From: Oscillospiraceae bacterium
GTDB lineage: Bacteria > Bacillota > Clostridia > Oscillospirales > UBA929
DNA: 64,000 nucleotides
Reading direction: 5' to 3'
Assembly (NCBI GenBank): GCA_009782215.1
Contig: WRKO01000001.1
Location: 149,064 to 213,063 of the forward strand
Position numbers and translations under genes: made by a program. The notes beneath the pieces were generated by a model, which saw only the letters and a program-made list of their open reading frames with translations, was not told the DNA's origin and did no database searches. Of this stretch, positions 17,728-28,490 are shown one piece after another; within the stretch, counting starts at the first letter, position 1; every line of letters starts with the position of its first letter.

Positions 17728-18620
17728 AACCGACGCTGGTGGTGATGGCGGCGGGGATGGGGAGCCGTTTCGGCGGCCTGAAGCAGATGGAGCCGATTAC
17801 GGACAGAGGCGAGGTTTTGCTGGACTTTTCAGTGTACGACGCGCTGCAAGCCGGATTCGGGAAAGTCGTCGTCGTCATCAAAAAAGCGATTGAGCGCGAC
17901 TTTGAGGCGCAGGTCGGACACAGGCTGCGCCGGCAGGCAGATGTGCGGTTTGTCTATCAGGAAATCGACGACCTGCCAGACGGCAGGACGCCCCCGCCGG
18001 GGCGGGAAAAGCCTTGGGGTACGGGGCAGGCGGTTCTGGCGGCGAAAGATGTCGTTGAGGAGCCGTTTGCCGTCATCAACGCCGACGATTATTACGGAAA
18101 AAGCGCCTTTGGCGTGCTGGCCGCGTTTTTGAGGGAGGAAGCCACCGCCAACGACTACGCGATGGTGGGCTATCGCCTAGGCAACACCCTCAGCGATTAC
18201 GGAAGCGTGGCGCGCGGCGTGTGCGAGATAGAAGACGGCTTCCTTCGGGGACTGGTTGAGCGGACGAAAATCATCAAGAGGGACGACGACGCGGCGTTCA
18301 CCGAGGACGGGGAGCGCTGGGTTCCGCTGCCGCTGGATACGGTGGTGTCGATGCAGTGCTTCGGGTTTCACCCGAGCTTCTTCGCGCATCTGGAGGAAGG
18401 CTTTCGGGCGTTCCACGCCGGCTTGGCCGACCCGATGAAGGGGGAGTACCTCCTGCCGTCGAGGGTGGGGGAGCTGCTCGAGGGCGGGCGCGTGTCGATG
18501 AAGGTGCTGGACAGCCCCGACCGCTGGTTCGGCGTGACATACCGAGAGGACAAACCGGCTGTGGCCGCTGCGATAGAAGATTTGCGGAAAAAGAACGTCA
18601 TCCCCCCGTCGCTGTGGTGA
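17724..18620 (+). CDS. sugar-phosphate nucleotidyltransferase family protein
   Basis: VVMAAGMGSRFGGLKQ (GxGxR nucleotide-binding loop), INADDYYG; ATGA overlap with upstream gene. Confidence 0.8.
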   Translation: MKPTLVVMAAGMGSRFGGLKQMEPITDRGEVLLDFSVYDALQAGFGKVVVVIKKAIERDFEAQVGHRLRRQADVRFVYQEIDDLPDGRTPPPGREKPWGTGQAVLAAKDVVEEPFAVINADDYYGKSAFGVLAAFLREEATANDYAMVGYRLGNTLSDYGSVARGVCEIEDGFLRGLVERTKIIKRDDDAAFTEDGERWVPLPLDTVVSMQCFGFHPSFFAHLEEGFRAFHAGLADPMKGEYLLPSRVGELLEGGRVSMKVLDSPDRWFGVTYREDKPAVAAAIEDLRKKNVIPPSLW

Positions 18621-18644
18621 CAGGGGCTGTGAGGAGGAAGCGTC

Positions 18645-19904
18645 ATGCCAACCATTAGCAAACTGCGGAACGGCTTGAAGGCCGGCCAATATGACGGAAA
18701 GCTGTCGGCGCTGTACGGCGACGTAACGGCGGCCAAGCGGCGGGTGCAGCGGCTGATTGACCTGTTTGTGGACGAATACAAGGACGAGGAAGCCGTCGTC
18801 TCCCTCTTTTCCGCGCCCGGCCGGGTTGAAATCGGCGGAAACCACACCGACCACAACAACGGGACGGTGCTTGCGGGCGCTGTGGAGCTGGACAATCTGG
18901 GCTTGGCCTGCAAGAGCGAGGAGCCCGAAATCCATGTGAAGTCGGTCGGGTTTTCGTCCAACGCCGTGAATCTGGAAACCTTCTCGCCGCAAGACGGCGG
19001 CTCCACGTCCGACCGCATCATCCGGGGCGTGTGCGCCGGGTTTGCCCGCGCGGGGCTGCCCTACGGCGGCTTCCGGGCCGTGTCGCAGTCCGATGTGCCG
19101 CCCGGCTCGGGGCTGTCAAGCTCGGCGGCGTTTGAAAACCTTGTGGGCGTCGTCCTTGACCACTTGTACGGCGGCGGGCGCCTCGACCCGGTCATCCTTG
19201 CCGGAATCGGCAACTTCGCGGAAAACATTTATTTGCAAAAGCCCTCCGGGATGATGGATCAGACGGTCAGCGCCGTCGGCGGCCTGCTGAAGATGGACTT
19301 TGAAGACCCGGAGCAGCCGCGCATCGAGCGCATCCCGTTTGATTTGCCGGGGTACCGGATTATGATTGTCGGCCCGATTGGCTCCCACGCGGATTTGACG
19401 CCGGAATACGCCGCCATCCCGCAGGAGATGCGCAAGGTGGCGTGGGCGCTGGGGCAGGAGACGATGCGCGGGGTCAGCAAGGCGCAGTTTATCACCGCCC
19501 TGCCTTCCCTGAACCAAACCCTGCCCGGACGGGCGCTGCTGCGGGCGTATCATTTCCTCAACGAAAACGAGCGGGCGGTAAAGCAGGCGGAAGCCTTGAA
19601 AATCAAGGATGTAAAGGGATTCCTGCGTCTCATCGCCGGTTCGGGACGGTCGTCGTTTATGTATCTGCAAAACGTCGTCACTTCGGAGGAGCAAGGCTTG
19701 GGCGTGGCGCTGGCGCTGAGCGAAACCCTGCTCGCCGGGCGCGGCGCGCAGCGCGTCCACGGCGGCGGCTTCGCCGGGACGATACAGGCCTTCGTCCCGA
19801 CGGACTTGACCGAGGCATACAGTACCGGCATGGAAACCGTCTTCGGCGCGGGAACCTGCGCCGAGGTGAAAATCCGCAAGCAGGGCGCGGTAAAGGTGCT
19901 GTAG
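18645..19904 (+). CDS. GHMP-family anomeric sugar kinase (galactokinase family)
   Basis: GRVEIGGNHTDHNNG (galactokinase signature variant) and PPGSGLSSSAAFE GHMP motif II, GGGFAGT motif III. Confidence 0.8.
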   Translation: MPTISKLRNGLKAGQYDGKLSALYGDVTAAKRRVQRLIDLFVDEYKDEEAVVSLFSAPGRVEIGGNHTDHNNGTVLAGAVELDNLGLACKSEEPEIHVKSVGFSSNAVNLETFSPQDGGSTSDRIIRGVCAGFARAGLPYGGFRAVSQSDVPPGSGLSSSAAFENLVGVVLDHLYGGGRLDPVILAGIGNFAENIYLQKPSGMMDQTVSAVGGLLKMDFEDPEQPRIERIPFDLPGYRIMIVGPIGSHADLTPEYAAIPQEMRKVAWALGQETMRGVSKAQFITALPSLNQTLPGRALLRAYHFLNENERAVKQAEALKIKDVKGFLRLIAGSGRSSFMYLQNVVTSEEQGLGVALALSETLLAGRGAQRVHGGGFAGTIQAFVPTDLTEAYSTGMETVFGAGTCAEVKIRKQGAVKVL

Positions 19905-19922
19905 CCCATCCCCCCAACGGAA

Positions 19923-19949
19923 AGAACCGCTTCTCCCCGAAGCGGTTCT
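19923..19949 (+). terminator. probable terminator
   Basis: AGAACCGCTTC-TCCCC-GAAGCGGTTCT 11-bp stem after the kinase stop; weak T-tract (CACTATTTCT). Confidence 0.5.
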
Positions 19950-20169
19950 CACTATTTCTCTATGATACCATTATAGCACATTTCAACTATAAAAAACTAT
20001 ACTCTTTTTTTCGCGATTTGACACACGCCCCAGACAAAGAAAACGCCCGTTCGCTTGTTCTGCCCCAATATCCCGAACAAAACGACCGAAAACCGCGTTT
20101 TTTTGTTATGTTCGTATTTTCAAATTTGTGAAAATTGCACAACGTCCCCCGGCGCGCGGCGCCCCCCGC

Positions 20170-20577
20170 CTAGTCCAAGTCCTGAACGCGCATTTTTTCA
20201 AGCGCGCGTTTTTTCTTGCGGCCGCCCCTGAAAGCGGCGTAGACGGCGAGCAGAATGCCCGTCGGGATGTTGCACAGCAGGAATGTAACGGCCGCCGTCG
20301 CGATAAACGAAGCCGTCTCTCCGGCGGCGGTTTGCTCCATCTGCCCGACAAGCTCTCCGTCGGCCCAAAGCGAGGTGCCTGTGCTGAACCGAAAAAGCAG
20401 AAGACCCAGCACCAACAGCAGGGAGAAGCCTAAGGATATGCCGGGCAGGATAAGCCCGGGCCATTTGCTCTCTTTTTTCGAGAGGACTGTTTGCAGCCAT
20501 ATGACGCCCGCGAAAAGAGCCAGCAGGACGATGAGACTGCCCGAAACCGCGATGGTTCCTTCATCCATTGCGTTCAT
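20170..20577 (-). CDS. small 4-TM membrane protein, unknown function
   Basis: 135 aa, four hydrophobic spans, basic C-terminus (RGGRKKKRALEKMR); ATGA overlap with upstream HTH gene. Confidence 0.65.
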   Translation of the reverse strand: MNAMDEGTIAVSGSLIVLLALFAGVIWLQTVLSKKESKWPGLILPGISLGFSLLLVLGLLLFRFSTGTSLWADGELVGQMEQTAAGETASFIATAAVTFLLCNIPTGILLAVYAAFRGGRKKKRALEKMRVQDLD

Positions 20578-20876
20578 GACGTTTTCACCCCCGTCTTTTT
20601 GTATTCGGAAATCAGAATCTTCGCCGTGTCGAAGTCGATTTTGTCGCCGACGGCCAGCCGCTTAATCAGCGCCACATACGGCTCGTTGGATACGTCCTCG
20701 CTGATTTGAATTTTCTGAATCAGCTTGTCCAGCCGCAGGCGCACGGTCGGGTAGGTCACGCCGTATTGCCGCGCCATCTCCTTCAGCGAGCCGGACGAAA
20801 GCAAAAACCGTTTGATGAACGCGACGTCCTCGTCCTCAAGGCTTGCCATCCACTCGGGAACAATGTCCACCGCCAT
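20574..20876 (-). CDS. small HTH protein, DUF2089-like (no zinc ribbon seen)
   Basis: LEDEDVAFIKRFLLSSGSLKEMARQYGVTYPTVRLRLDKL resembles DUF2089/sigma region 4-like HTH (from memory); AAAGGAGGG SD. Confidence 0.6.
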   Translation of the reverse strand: MAVDIVPEWMASLEDEDVAFIKRFLLSSGSLKEMARQYGVTYPTVRLRLDKLIQKIQISEDVSNEPYVALIKRLAVGDKIDFDTAKILISEYKKTGVKTS

Positions 20877-20903
20877 AAGCCCAACCCTCCTTTAATAATA
20901 ATG

Positions 20904-20932
20904 AGTATAACATTGAATAAAAATAAAGTCAA
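20904..20932 (-). promoter_or_regulatory. sigma-A type promoter for the HTH/4-TM pair
   Basis: Minus strand TTGACT (20932-20927), 17-nt spacer, TATACT (20909-20904). Confidence 0.6.
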
Positions 20933-21014
20933 TACCCAAATAAAAATTTATTTATATTTTTTCCGACACATCGGCGGCTTCGATTGTATTGGTAGTGAAA
21001 GGAGGGCGGAGCGA

Positions 21015-21512
21015 ATGGCAAAATCTCTGTTGCGTACGGATAGAGAGCTTGCGGACATCTACGGGCGCCATAAAGCGACGGTCTACCGCGTGTGCTTTGC
21101 CTATATGAAAAACACGGCCGACACCGAGGACGCCGTTCAGGAGACGTTCTTCCGGCTGATAAAGTCCGGGCCGGCCTTCGGGAGCGAGGAACACGAAAAG
21201 GCTTGGCTCATCAGAACCGCGTCGAATCTGTGCAAAAACGTCCTGCGGAGCTGGTGGCGCAGACGGGAAAACTTGGACGATCATCAAAACCTCCGGGGGA
21301 GCGGGCCTGCTGAAACCGACGAGGTTCTCAGCGCGGTTATGGGCCTGCCCGAGCCATACAAAACGGCGGTTTACCTGTACTACTATGAGGGCTATGACAG
21401 CGCTGAGATTTCCAAAATCCTCGGCAAGCCGAAATCGACCGTCCGCAACCATCTCCATGAGGCGCGGGGCGTCCTCCGAAAAAAATTAGGCGGTGACTTG
21501 AATGAAAAATAA
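21015..21512 (+). CDS. RNA polymerase sigma factor, ECF (sigma-70 group 4)
   Basis: Region 2 (DTEDAVQETFFRLIK..EKAWLIRTASNLCKNVLR) and region 4 HTH (YEGYDSAEISKILGKPKSTVRNHLHEAR); GAAAGGAGGG SD before ATG 21015. Confidence 0.87.
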   Translation: MAKSLLRTDRELADIYGRHKATVYRVCFAYMKNTADTEDAVQETFFRLIKSGPAFGSEEHEKAWLIRTASNLCKNVLRSWWRRRENLDDHQNLRGSGPAETDEVLSAVMGLPEPYKTAVYLYYYEGYDSAEISKILGKPKSTVRNHLHEARGVLRKKLGGDLNEK

Positions 21513-22305
21513 GCAATTTATTGACGCGTGGAACAAAATCGCGCCGGACAGCGCCGCCGACGCGCGTATGCTGGACGCGATTCTTGCCCGCAACCAAGCT
21601 ATGAGACAAACTAAAAAAGGAGAGGTGTATACAATGATTCAAAAGTTTAACCGGAAATGGCTGGCCGCCGCCGCCTGCCTCATCGTCGTCGCGGCTGTGG
21701 CCATCCCGCTGCTGAACGGCGGCGGCGAGTTTGACCTTGCCCGCTCCGCCGGGGTCAAGGTTCGCCCTGCCGCCAACCCGCCGGGCGGCACCGTCTTCAG
21801 CCTCGCGTATCTGACCGAGGCGGAGCTGTTCGCGCCCGAATGGCGCGGCATGGAAATCGCCGCGTTTGAGGGCCTCGTTCAAGAGGTGGAGAACATCGTC
21901 ATTGATTACAACGGCGAAAAGGACTATCGGGCCATCGTGAGCATTGAGGTGGTCGAAGTGTTTCGCGGGAGCGTTGAAGCGGGTTCTGTGGTAAGGGTGC
22001 TGCTGCCCGCGCCGGTCGGCGGCGATGTACGGAGAACCGACACAAGCGTATCCTCACAGATGACCGTCGGCACAAGGGGGATCTTCATGCCGATGAAATA
22101 CAACGAAACAACATACAGCGAACAAAACGGCGGCACGCTCTTTTTGCTGGACATCGCGGAATACGGGCTGGGCGACGGCGAGCGCTGGGCCTTCCTCGAT
22201 AAGCCGGACGGCCCGGTTTTCGCCCGCTACGCTTACGAAGGCGCGGCGGACGCGGCGGACATGGACGACATACGGAGGTATGTCGCCGACATGCTGGCGG
22301 ACTGA
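21502..22305 (+). CDS. putative membrane-anchored anti-sigma factor / ECF-associated protein
   Basis: 11-nt overlap with sigma gene, short cytoplasmic N-terminus, one TM (WLAAAACLIVVAAVAIPLL), ~195-aa extracytoplasmic domain with no motif I recognise. Confidence 0.55.
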   Translation: MKNKQFIDAWNKIAPDSAADARMLDAILARNQAMRQTKKGEVYTMIQKFNRKWLAAAACLIVVAAVAIPLLNGGGEFDLARSAGVKVRPAANPPGGTVFSLAYLTEAELFAPEWRGMEIAAFEGLVQEVENIVIDYNGEKDYRAIVSIEVVEVFRGSVEAGSVVRVLLPAPVGGDVRRTDTSVSSQMTVGTRGIFMPMKYNETTYSEQNGGTLFLLDIAEYGLGDGERWAFLDKPDGPVFARYAYEGAADAADMDDIRRYVADMLAD

Positions 22306-22335
22306 CATCAAGCCTCCCAAACGGACTACAAAACG

Positions 22336-22383
22336 CCCCCTCCGCATATAGTGGTTGTACCATAAACGCGGAGGGGGTTCTTT
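22336..22383 (+). promoter_or_regulatory. GC-rich hairpin: terminator of the sigma operon whose 3' arm is the SD of the ATPase gene
   Basis: CCCCCTCCGC 22336-22345 pairs with GCGGAGGGGG 22368-22377 (10 bp), followed by TTCTTT and GTG 22384. Confidence 0.45.
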
Positions 22384-24882
<2,499 letters not shown>

Positions 24883-24941
24883 AAAAATTTGGGAACAAAA
24901 CGAAACGGGGAACGTCTAAGGTTACGAAGGAGGGGATTCAA

Positions 24942-26987
24942 ATGAAAACAGCGCAACGGTTCGTTTTATCCTGCACAGCCCTTTTGGTCATCGCGGCCAT
25001 CGTCTCGGTCGCCCTGTCTCCCGCCATCGCGCCCGCCGCCGTGAACGGGCATCATCCCACGGGAGGCGGCGTCAACATCGGCGGCGCCCAGACGGCGACC
25101 GGCATCACCAGCGACGGCAAGACGTATGCCATCTCGGACATCGACGCCGTGCCGGTGGACACGGGCAAGACCGCCGCGCACGCGCTTCCCGCCGTCAAGA
25201 CGAAGGAAACGCTGCTCAAGCTGCTCCGCGAGCGCGGCGCGCTCTACGACAACAGCGGATGGGAACGGTACCACGAGGGTGATGCGATGAGGTTCGCCTC
25301 GATGGACGACGGCAGCGACTTGGCGCGCGATTCAGAGCCTAACCCGGCGCCTATGCCGTCGGCGCCCGCGCCGGGCGCCGGTGAGGCCGCGGCGGACTCG
25401 GAAACGGGCGGCGCCCATTCCTCGACCAACGAGCAGGTCGCCGGCGTCAGCGAGGGCGACATTGTCAAGACCGACGGGAAGTACCTCTACGCGCTCTCCA
25501 ACAACACCCTGCGTATCATCGACGCCAGAGGCGCGGATATGAGGCTTGTGTCAACCATCGCCTTTGACGACGTCTGGAGCGCGGAGTTCTACCTGATGGG
25601 CGATTATGCCGCCGTCGTCGGCCAGACGTACCGGGCGTGGGATGATATCATGCCCCTGCCGGAAGGCCGCGCCGGTGATATGTGGTGGGGCTGGGGCGGC
25701 AGAGACGGCACCGTCCTGCTCATCTACGACGTGTCAGACCGCGCGAACCCCGTTGAGACGCGCCGCGTAGAGATGGACGGCTGGAGGGTTTCCACCCGCG
25801 TCGTCGGCGATATCGTCTATCTCGTGACCAACAAGCACGTCTGGGCGCTGTATGACAGCGCCGACAGCGTGGTAATCCGGCCCTGCGTCGTGGATACGGA
25901 CGCTTCGGGCGAGCTGGAGCCAATCAGCCTTGACCGGGTCTTTTACCTGCCCGATTCCGACGACGCGAGCTATCTCATCGTCGGCGCGGTGGACGTCAGG
26001 GGCGGCGCGTTTGAGCCGGAAGCCTTCCTCGGCGCGGGCAATCAGGTGTACATGAGCCGCGATAACCTCTATGTCACCAAGACCCACTGGGAGCAGGCGG
26101 AATCCGACAACTGGGATTGGTCGGGCAGGCAGATGACCGACATCCTGCGCTTCGCCGTCAGCGGAACGGACATCGCCTACGCCGGCATGGGGACGGTGAA
26201 CGGGACGCCCATCAACCAATACAGCATGGACGAATACAACGGCTTCTTCCGCATCGCCACAACCGACTGGCAAGTAGGAACCCTTGTCACCGTCTTGGAC
26301 GGGAACATGGGCATCGCCGGGCAGACCGGCTATCTCTCCCCCGGCGAGTGGATGCAGTCGATGCGCTTTATGGGCGACATGGGCTATGTGGTCACCTTTG
26401 AGATGGTGGATCCGCTCTTCACCGTCGACCTCAGCGACCCCTACAACCCGAGGGTGATGGGCGAGCTGAAAATCCCCGGCTTCTCGCAATACCTCCATCC
26501 GGTGGGGAACGGCCTGCTGCTCGGCATCGGGCGGGACACGCAGGAGCTGTATACGCGGGACGCCGACGGGGTGGAGACGGTCGTGGGCTTCCGCGACGTG
26601 GGGATGAAGCTCTCGCTCTTTGACGTGAGCAACCCGTACGACCCGCTGGAAATCGACGTGCTGCGTCTGGGCGAGGGCTGGGCCGAGGTTTCCGGCAACC
26701 CGCGCGCCCTGATGACCGACCCGAGCCGCGGGCTGTATGGCTTTACGCTGGAGACGTGGAACAATGTCTTTACCGTTGAGCGGTACAACAATCATTCGGC
26801 CGCGCTGCTCATCCGCGTGGAGAACAACAGGCTCTCCGTCGCCGCCAGCCTTGACGTGGGACAGCATTTCTACACATGGAACAGCCGCCTCTGCTTCATC
26901 GGCGATACCCTCTACCTGACCCATGAGCAAGGCGTCCGGGCGTTTGACTACAACACCTTCCTGCCGCTGGGAACGCTGACCTTTTAA
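24942..26987 (+). CDS. secreted beta-propeller domain protein (Pfam Beta_propel PF09826-like)
   Basis: Signal/TM anchor, SSTNEQVAGVSEGDIVKTDGKYLYAL, YSMDEYNGFFRIATT, VDPLFTVDLSDPYNPRVMGELKIPGFSQYLHP match my memory of that family; AAGGAGGGG SD. Confidence 0.78.
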   Translation: MKTAQRFVLSCTALLVIAAIVSVALSPAIAPAAVNGHHPTGGGVNIGGAQTATGITSDGKTYAISDIDAVPVDTGKTAAHALPAVKTKETLLKLLRERGALYDNSGWERYHEGDAMRFASMDDGSDLARDSEPNPAPMPSAPAPGAGEAAADSETGGAHSSTNEQVAGVSEGDIVKTDGKYLYALSNNTLRIIDARGADMRLVSTIAFDDVWSAEFYLMGDYAAVVGQTYRAWDDIMPLPEGRAGDMWWGWGGRDGTVLLIYDVSDRANPVETRRVEMDGWRVSTRVVGDIVYLVTNKHVWALYDSADSVVIRPCVVDTDASGELEPISLDRVFYLPDSDDASYLIVGAVDVRGGAFEPEAFLGAGNQVYMSRDNLYVTKTHWEQAESDNWDWSGRQMTDILRFAVSGTDIAYAGMGTVNGTPINQYSMDEYNGFFRIATTDWQVGTLVTVLDGNMGIAGQTGYLSPGEWMQSMRFMGDMGYVVTFEMVDPLFTVDLSDPYNPRVMGELKIPGFSQYLHPVGNGLLLGIGRDTQELYTRDADGVETVVGFRDVGMKLSLFDVSNPYDPLEIDVLRLGEGWAEVSGNPRALMTDPSRGLYGFTLETWNNVFTVERYNNHSAALLIRVENNRLSVAASLDVGQHFYTWNSRLCFIGDTLYLTHEQGVRAFDYNTFLPLGTLTF

Positions 26988-27000
26988 CCCTCATTGCAAA

Positions 27001-27028
27001 AAACCCGTCACATGATTGTGGCGGGTTT
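27001..27028 (+). terminator. probable terminator hairpin
   Basis: AAACCCGTCAC-ATGATT-GTGGCGGGTTT, 11-bp stem (one G-U) flanked by A-run and T-run. Confidence 0.5.
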
Positions 27029-27063
27029 CGCATATCTTGTATAAACAGCGCTTGTGTGAGGGG

Positions 27064-27345
27064 ATGAAAGCCATGCTGACCAGTGAGCAAAGCCTCAAAG
27101 CCATTGAGGACGGGCAGAACGCCATCGCGGCGTATGAGCATTTGAAGCTGATGACCGACGACGAAAAGCATATCGGCGCGCTGAACAGGCTGATTATGAT
27201 TGGGCATAAAAATCTGCGGAAATTGGAGGAACGGCATATCCGCGAGTTCGGCGAGCCGCTGGAGTCCCCGCCGCTCGGCAAGCTGCGCGGGAGCGACTTC
27301 ACCGCCCTCCTGCGTAACGCGCGGAACGCCCTGCGCTTTTCGTAA
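27064..27345 (+). CDS. hypothetical small protein (93 aa)
   Basis: GAGGGG SD then ATG 27064; helical-looking sequence, no motif recognised; ends 2 nt from the convergent folC stop. Confidence 0.5.
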   Translation: MKAMLTSEQSLKAIEDGQNAIAAYEHLKLMTDDEKHIGALNRLIMIGHKNLRKLEERHIREFGEPLESPPLGKLRGSDFTALLRNARNALRFS

Positions 27346-27347
27346 CG

Positions 27348-28490
27348 CTATGCCCGCGCCGCGCCCGGCGCGCTCTGCATAGCCCGCTTGGCGTCCCCAA
27401 TCATGTGCAGCGAGCCGCACGCCAAGACGACGCCGTCGTCCCCCGCGAGGGAAACGGCGCGGCGCGCTTCGGCGGCGGCGTTGGCGAAGTCGGTGCGGAT
27501 GAAATGCTCCGAGCGTTGCGCCAGCATGGGCGCGCAAACGTCAAAGGGCTTGTCCGGCCCCATCGCCATCACGGTGACGAGCCGCCTGCCCCGCAGCAAA
27601 TCGTCAATCACGCCGCACAGCTTGACGACGGCGTCGGCATTGTGCGCGCCGTCGATGATGCACAGCGGCGTATCGCGCACGATTTCCAGCCGCCCGTTCC
27701 ACCGCGCGCCGCGCAGTCCGTCAAGAATGGCCGCGTCCGGGACAGCCCAGCCGCGCCCGCGCAGGGCGAAAGCCGTCTCAACGGCGACCGTCGCGTTTTC
27801 AATCTGATGCGCGCCCATCAGGGAGACGGCGTATTCGTTTCCCTTGTAAACAAAAACGGAGCCGTAAAGGTCTGAGCTTAACACTCTATCGGCGGGGGGC
27901 AGGGCGGACGCCTCGACGACGGCGCATCCCGGCTTGATGATGCCGCGCTTCTCGAAAGCAATCTGCTCCAGCGTATCGCCCAGAATCCGCATATGGTCAT
28001 ATGAGATGGAGGTGATGACGGCGGCCTCCGGCGCGCCGATGACGTTGGTGGCGTCCAGCCTGCCGCCCAAGCCCACCTCCAGCACGACGATGTCGCAGCG
28101 CTCCTCCGCGAAATAGCGCAGGGCGGCGGCCGTCTCGATTTCAAACTTGCGCGGCCGGTCGGGCAGGGCTTCGCACAGGGCGGCGGTCTGCGTAAACAGC
28201 TCCGCCAGCCTGTCCTTGGGAATCAGCTCCCGGTTGACCTGCATCCGTTCGCGGTAATCCTCCACATAGGGGGAGATATACAGCCCCGTTTGATACCCGG
28301 CGGCGCGCAGGATGCTCTCAACCATCGCGCAGACGCTGCCCTTGCCGTTGGTTCCCGCGACATGGACGAATTTAAGCCGCTCATGCGGGCCACCCATCGC
28401 CTCCAGCAGCGCGCGAACCCGTTCTAAGCCCGGTTTGTCGCCAAACCGGGCCGTACTGTTGATATAGTCTATGGCTTGCGTATAATTCAT
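27348..28490 (-). CDS. folC: folylpolyglutamate synthase / dihydrofolate synthase
   Basis: HVAGTNGKGSV P-loop, Mur-ligase fold; ATGA overlap with valS. Confidence 0.9.
   Translation of the reverse strand: MNYTQAIDYINSTARFGDKPGLERVRALLEAMGGPHERLKFVHVAGTNGKGSVCAMVESILRAAGYQTGLYISPYVEDYRERMQVNRELIPKDRLAELFTQTAALCEALPDRPRKFEIETAAALRYFAEERCDIVVLEVGLGGRLDATNVIGAPEAAVITSISYDHMRILGDTLEQIAFEKRGIIKPGCAVVEASALPPADRVLSSDLYGSVFVYKGNEYAVSLMGAHQIENATVAVETAFALRGRGWAVPDAAILDGLRGARWNGRLEIVRDTPLCIIDGAHNADAVVKLCGVIDDLLRGRRLVTVMAMGPDKPFDVCAPMLAQRSEHFIRTDFANAAAEARRAVSLAGDDGVVLACGSLHMIGDAKRAMQSAPGAARA

Noticed and set aside
19950-20169. AT-rich 220-nt gap scanned for a small ORF, sRNA or promoter.
   Set aside because: I found only weak AT-rich stems (ATTTTCA/TGAAAAT) and no convincing -35/-10 pair or SD-ORF. 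I cannot support a feature without expression data.
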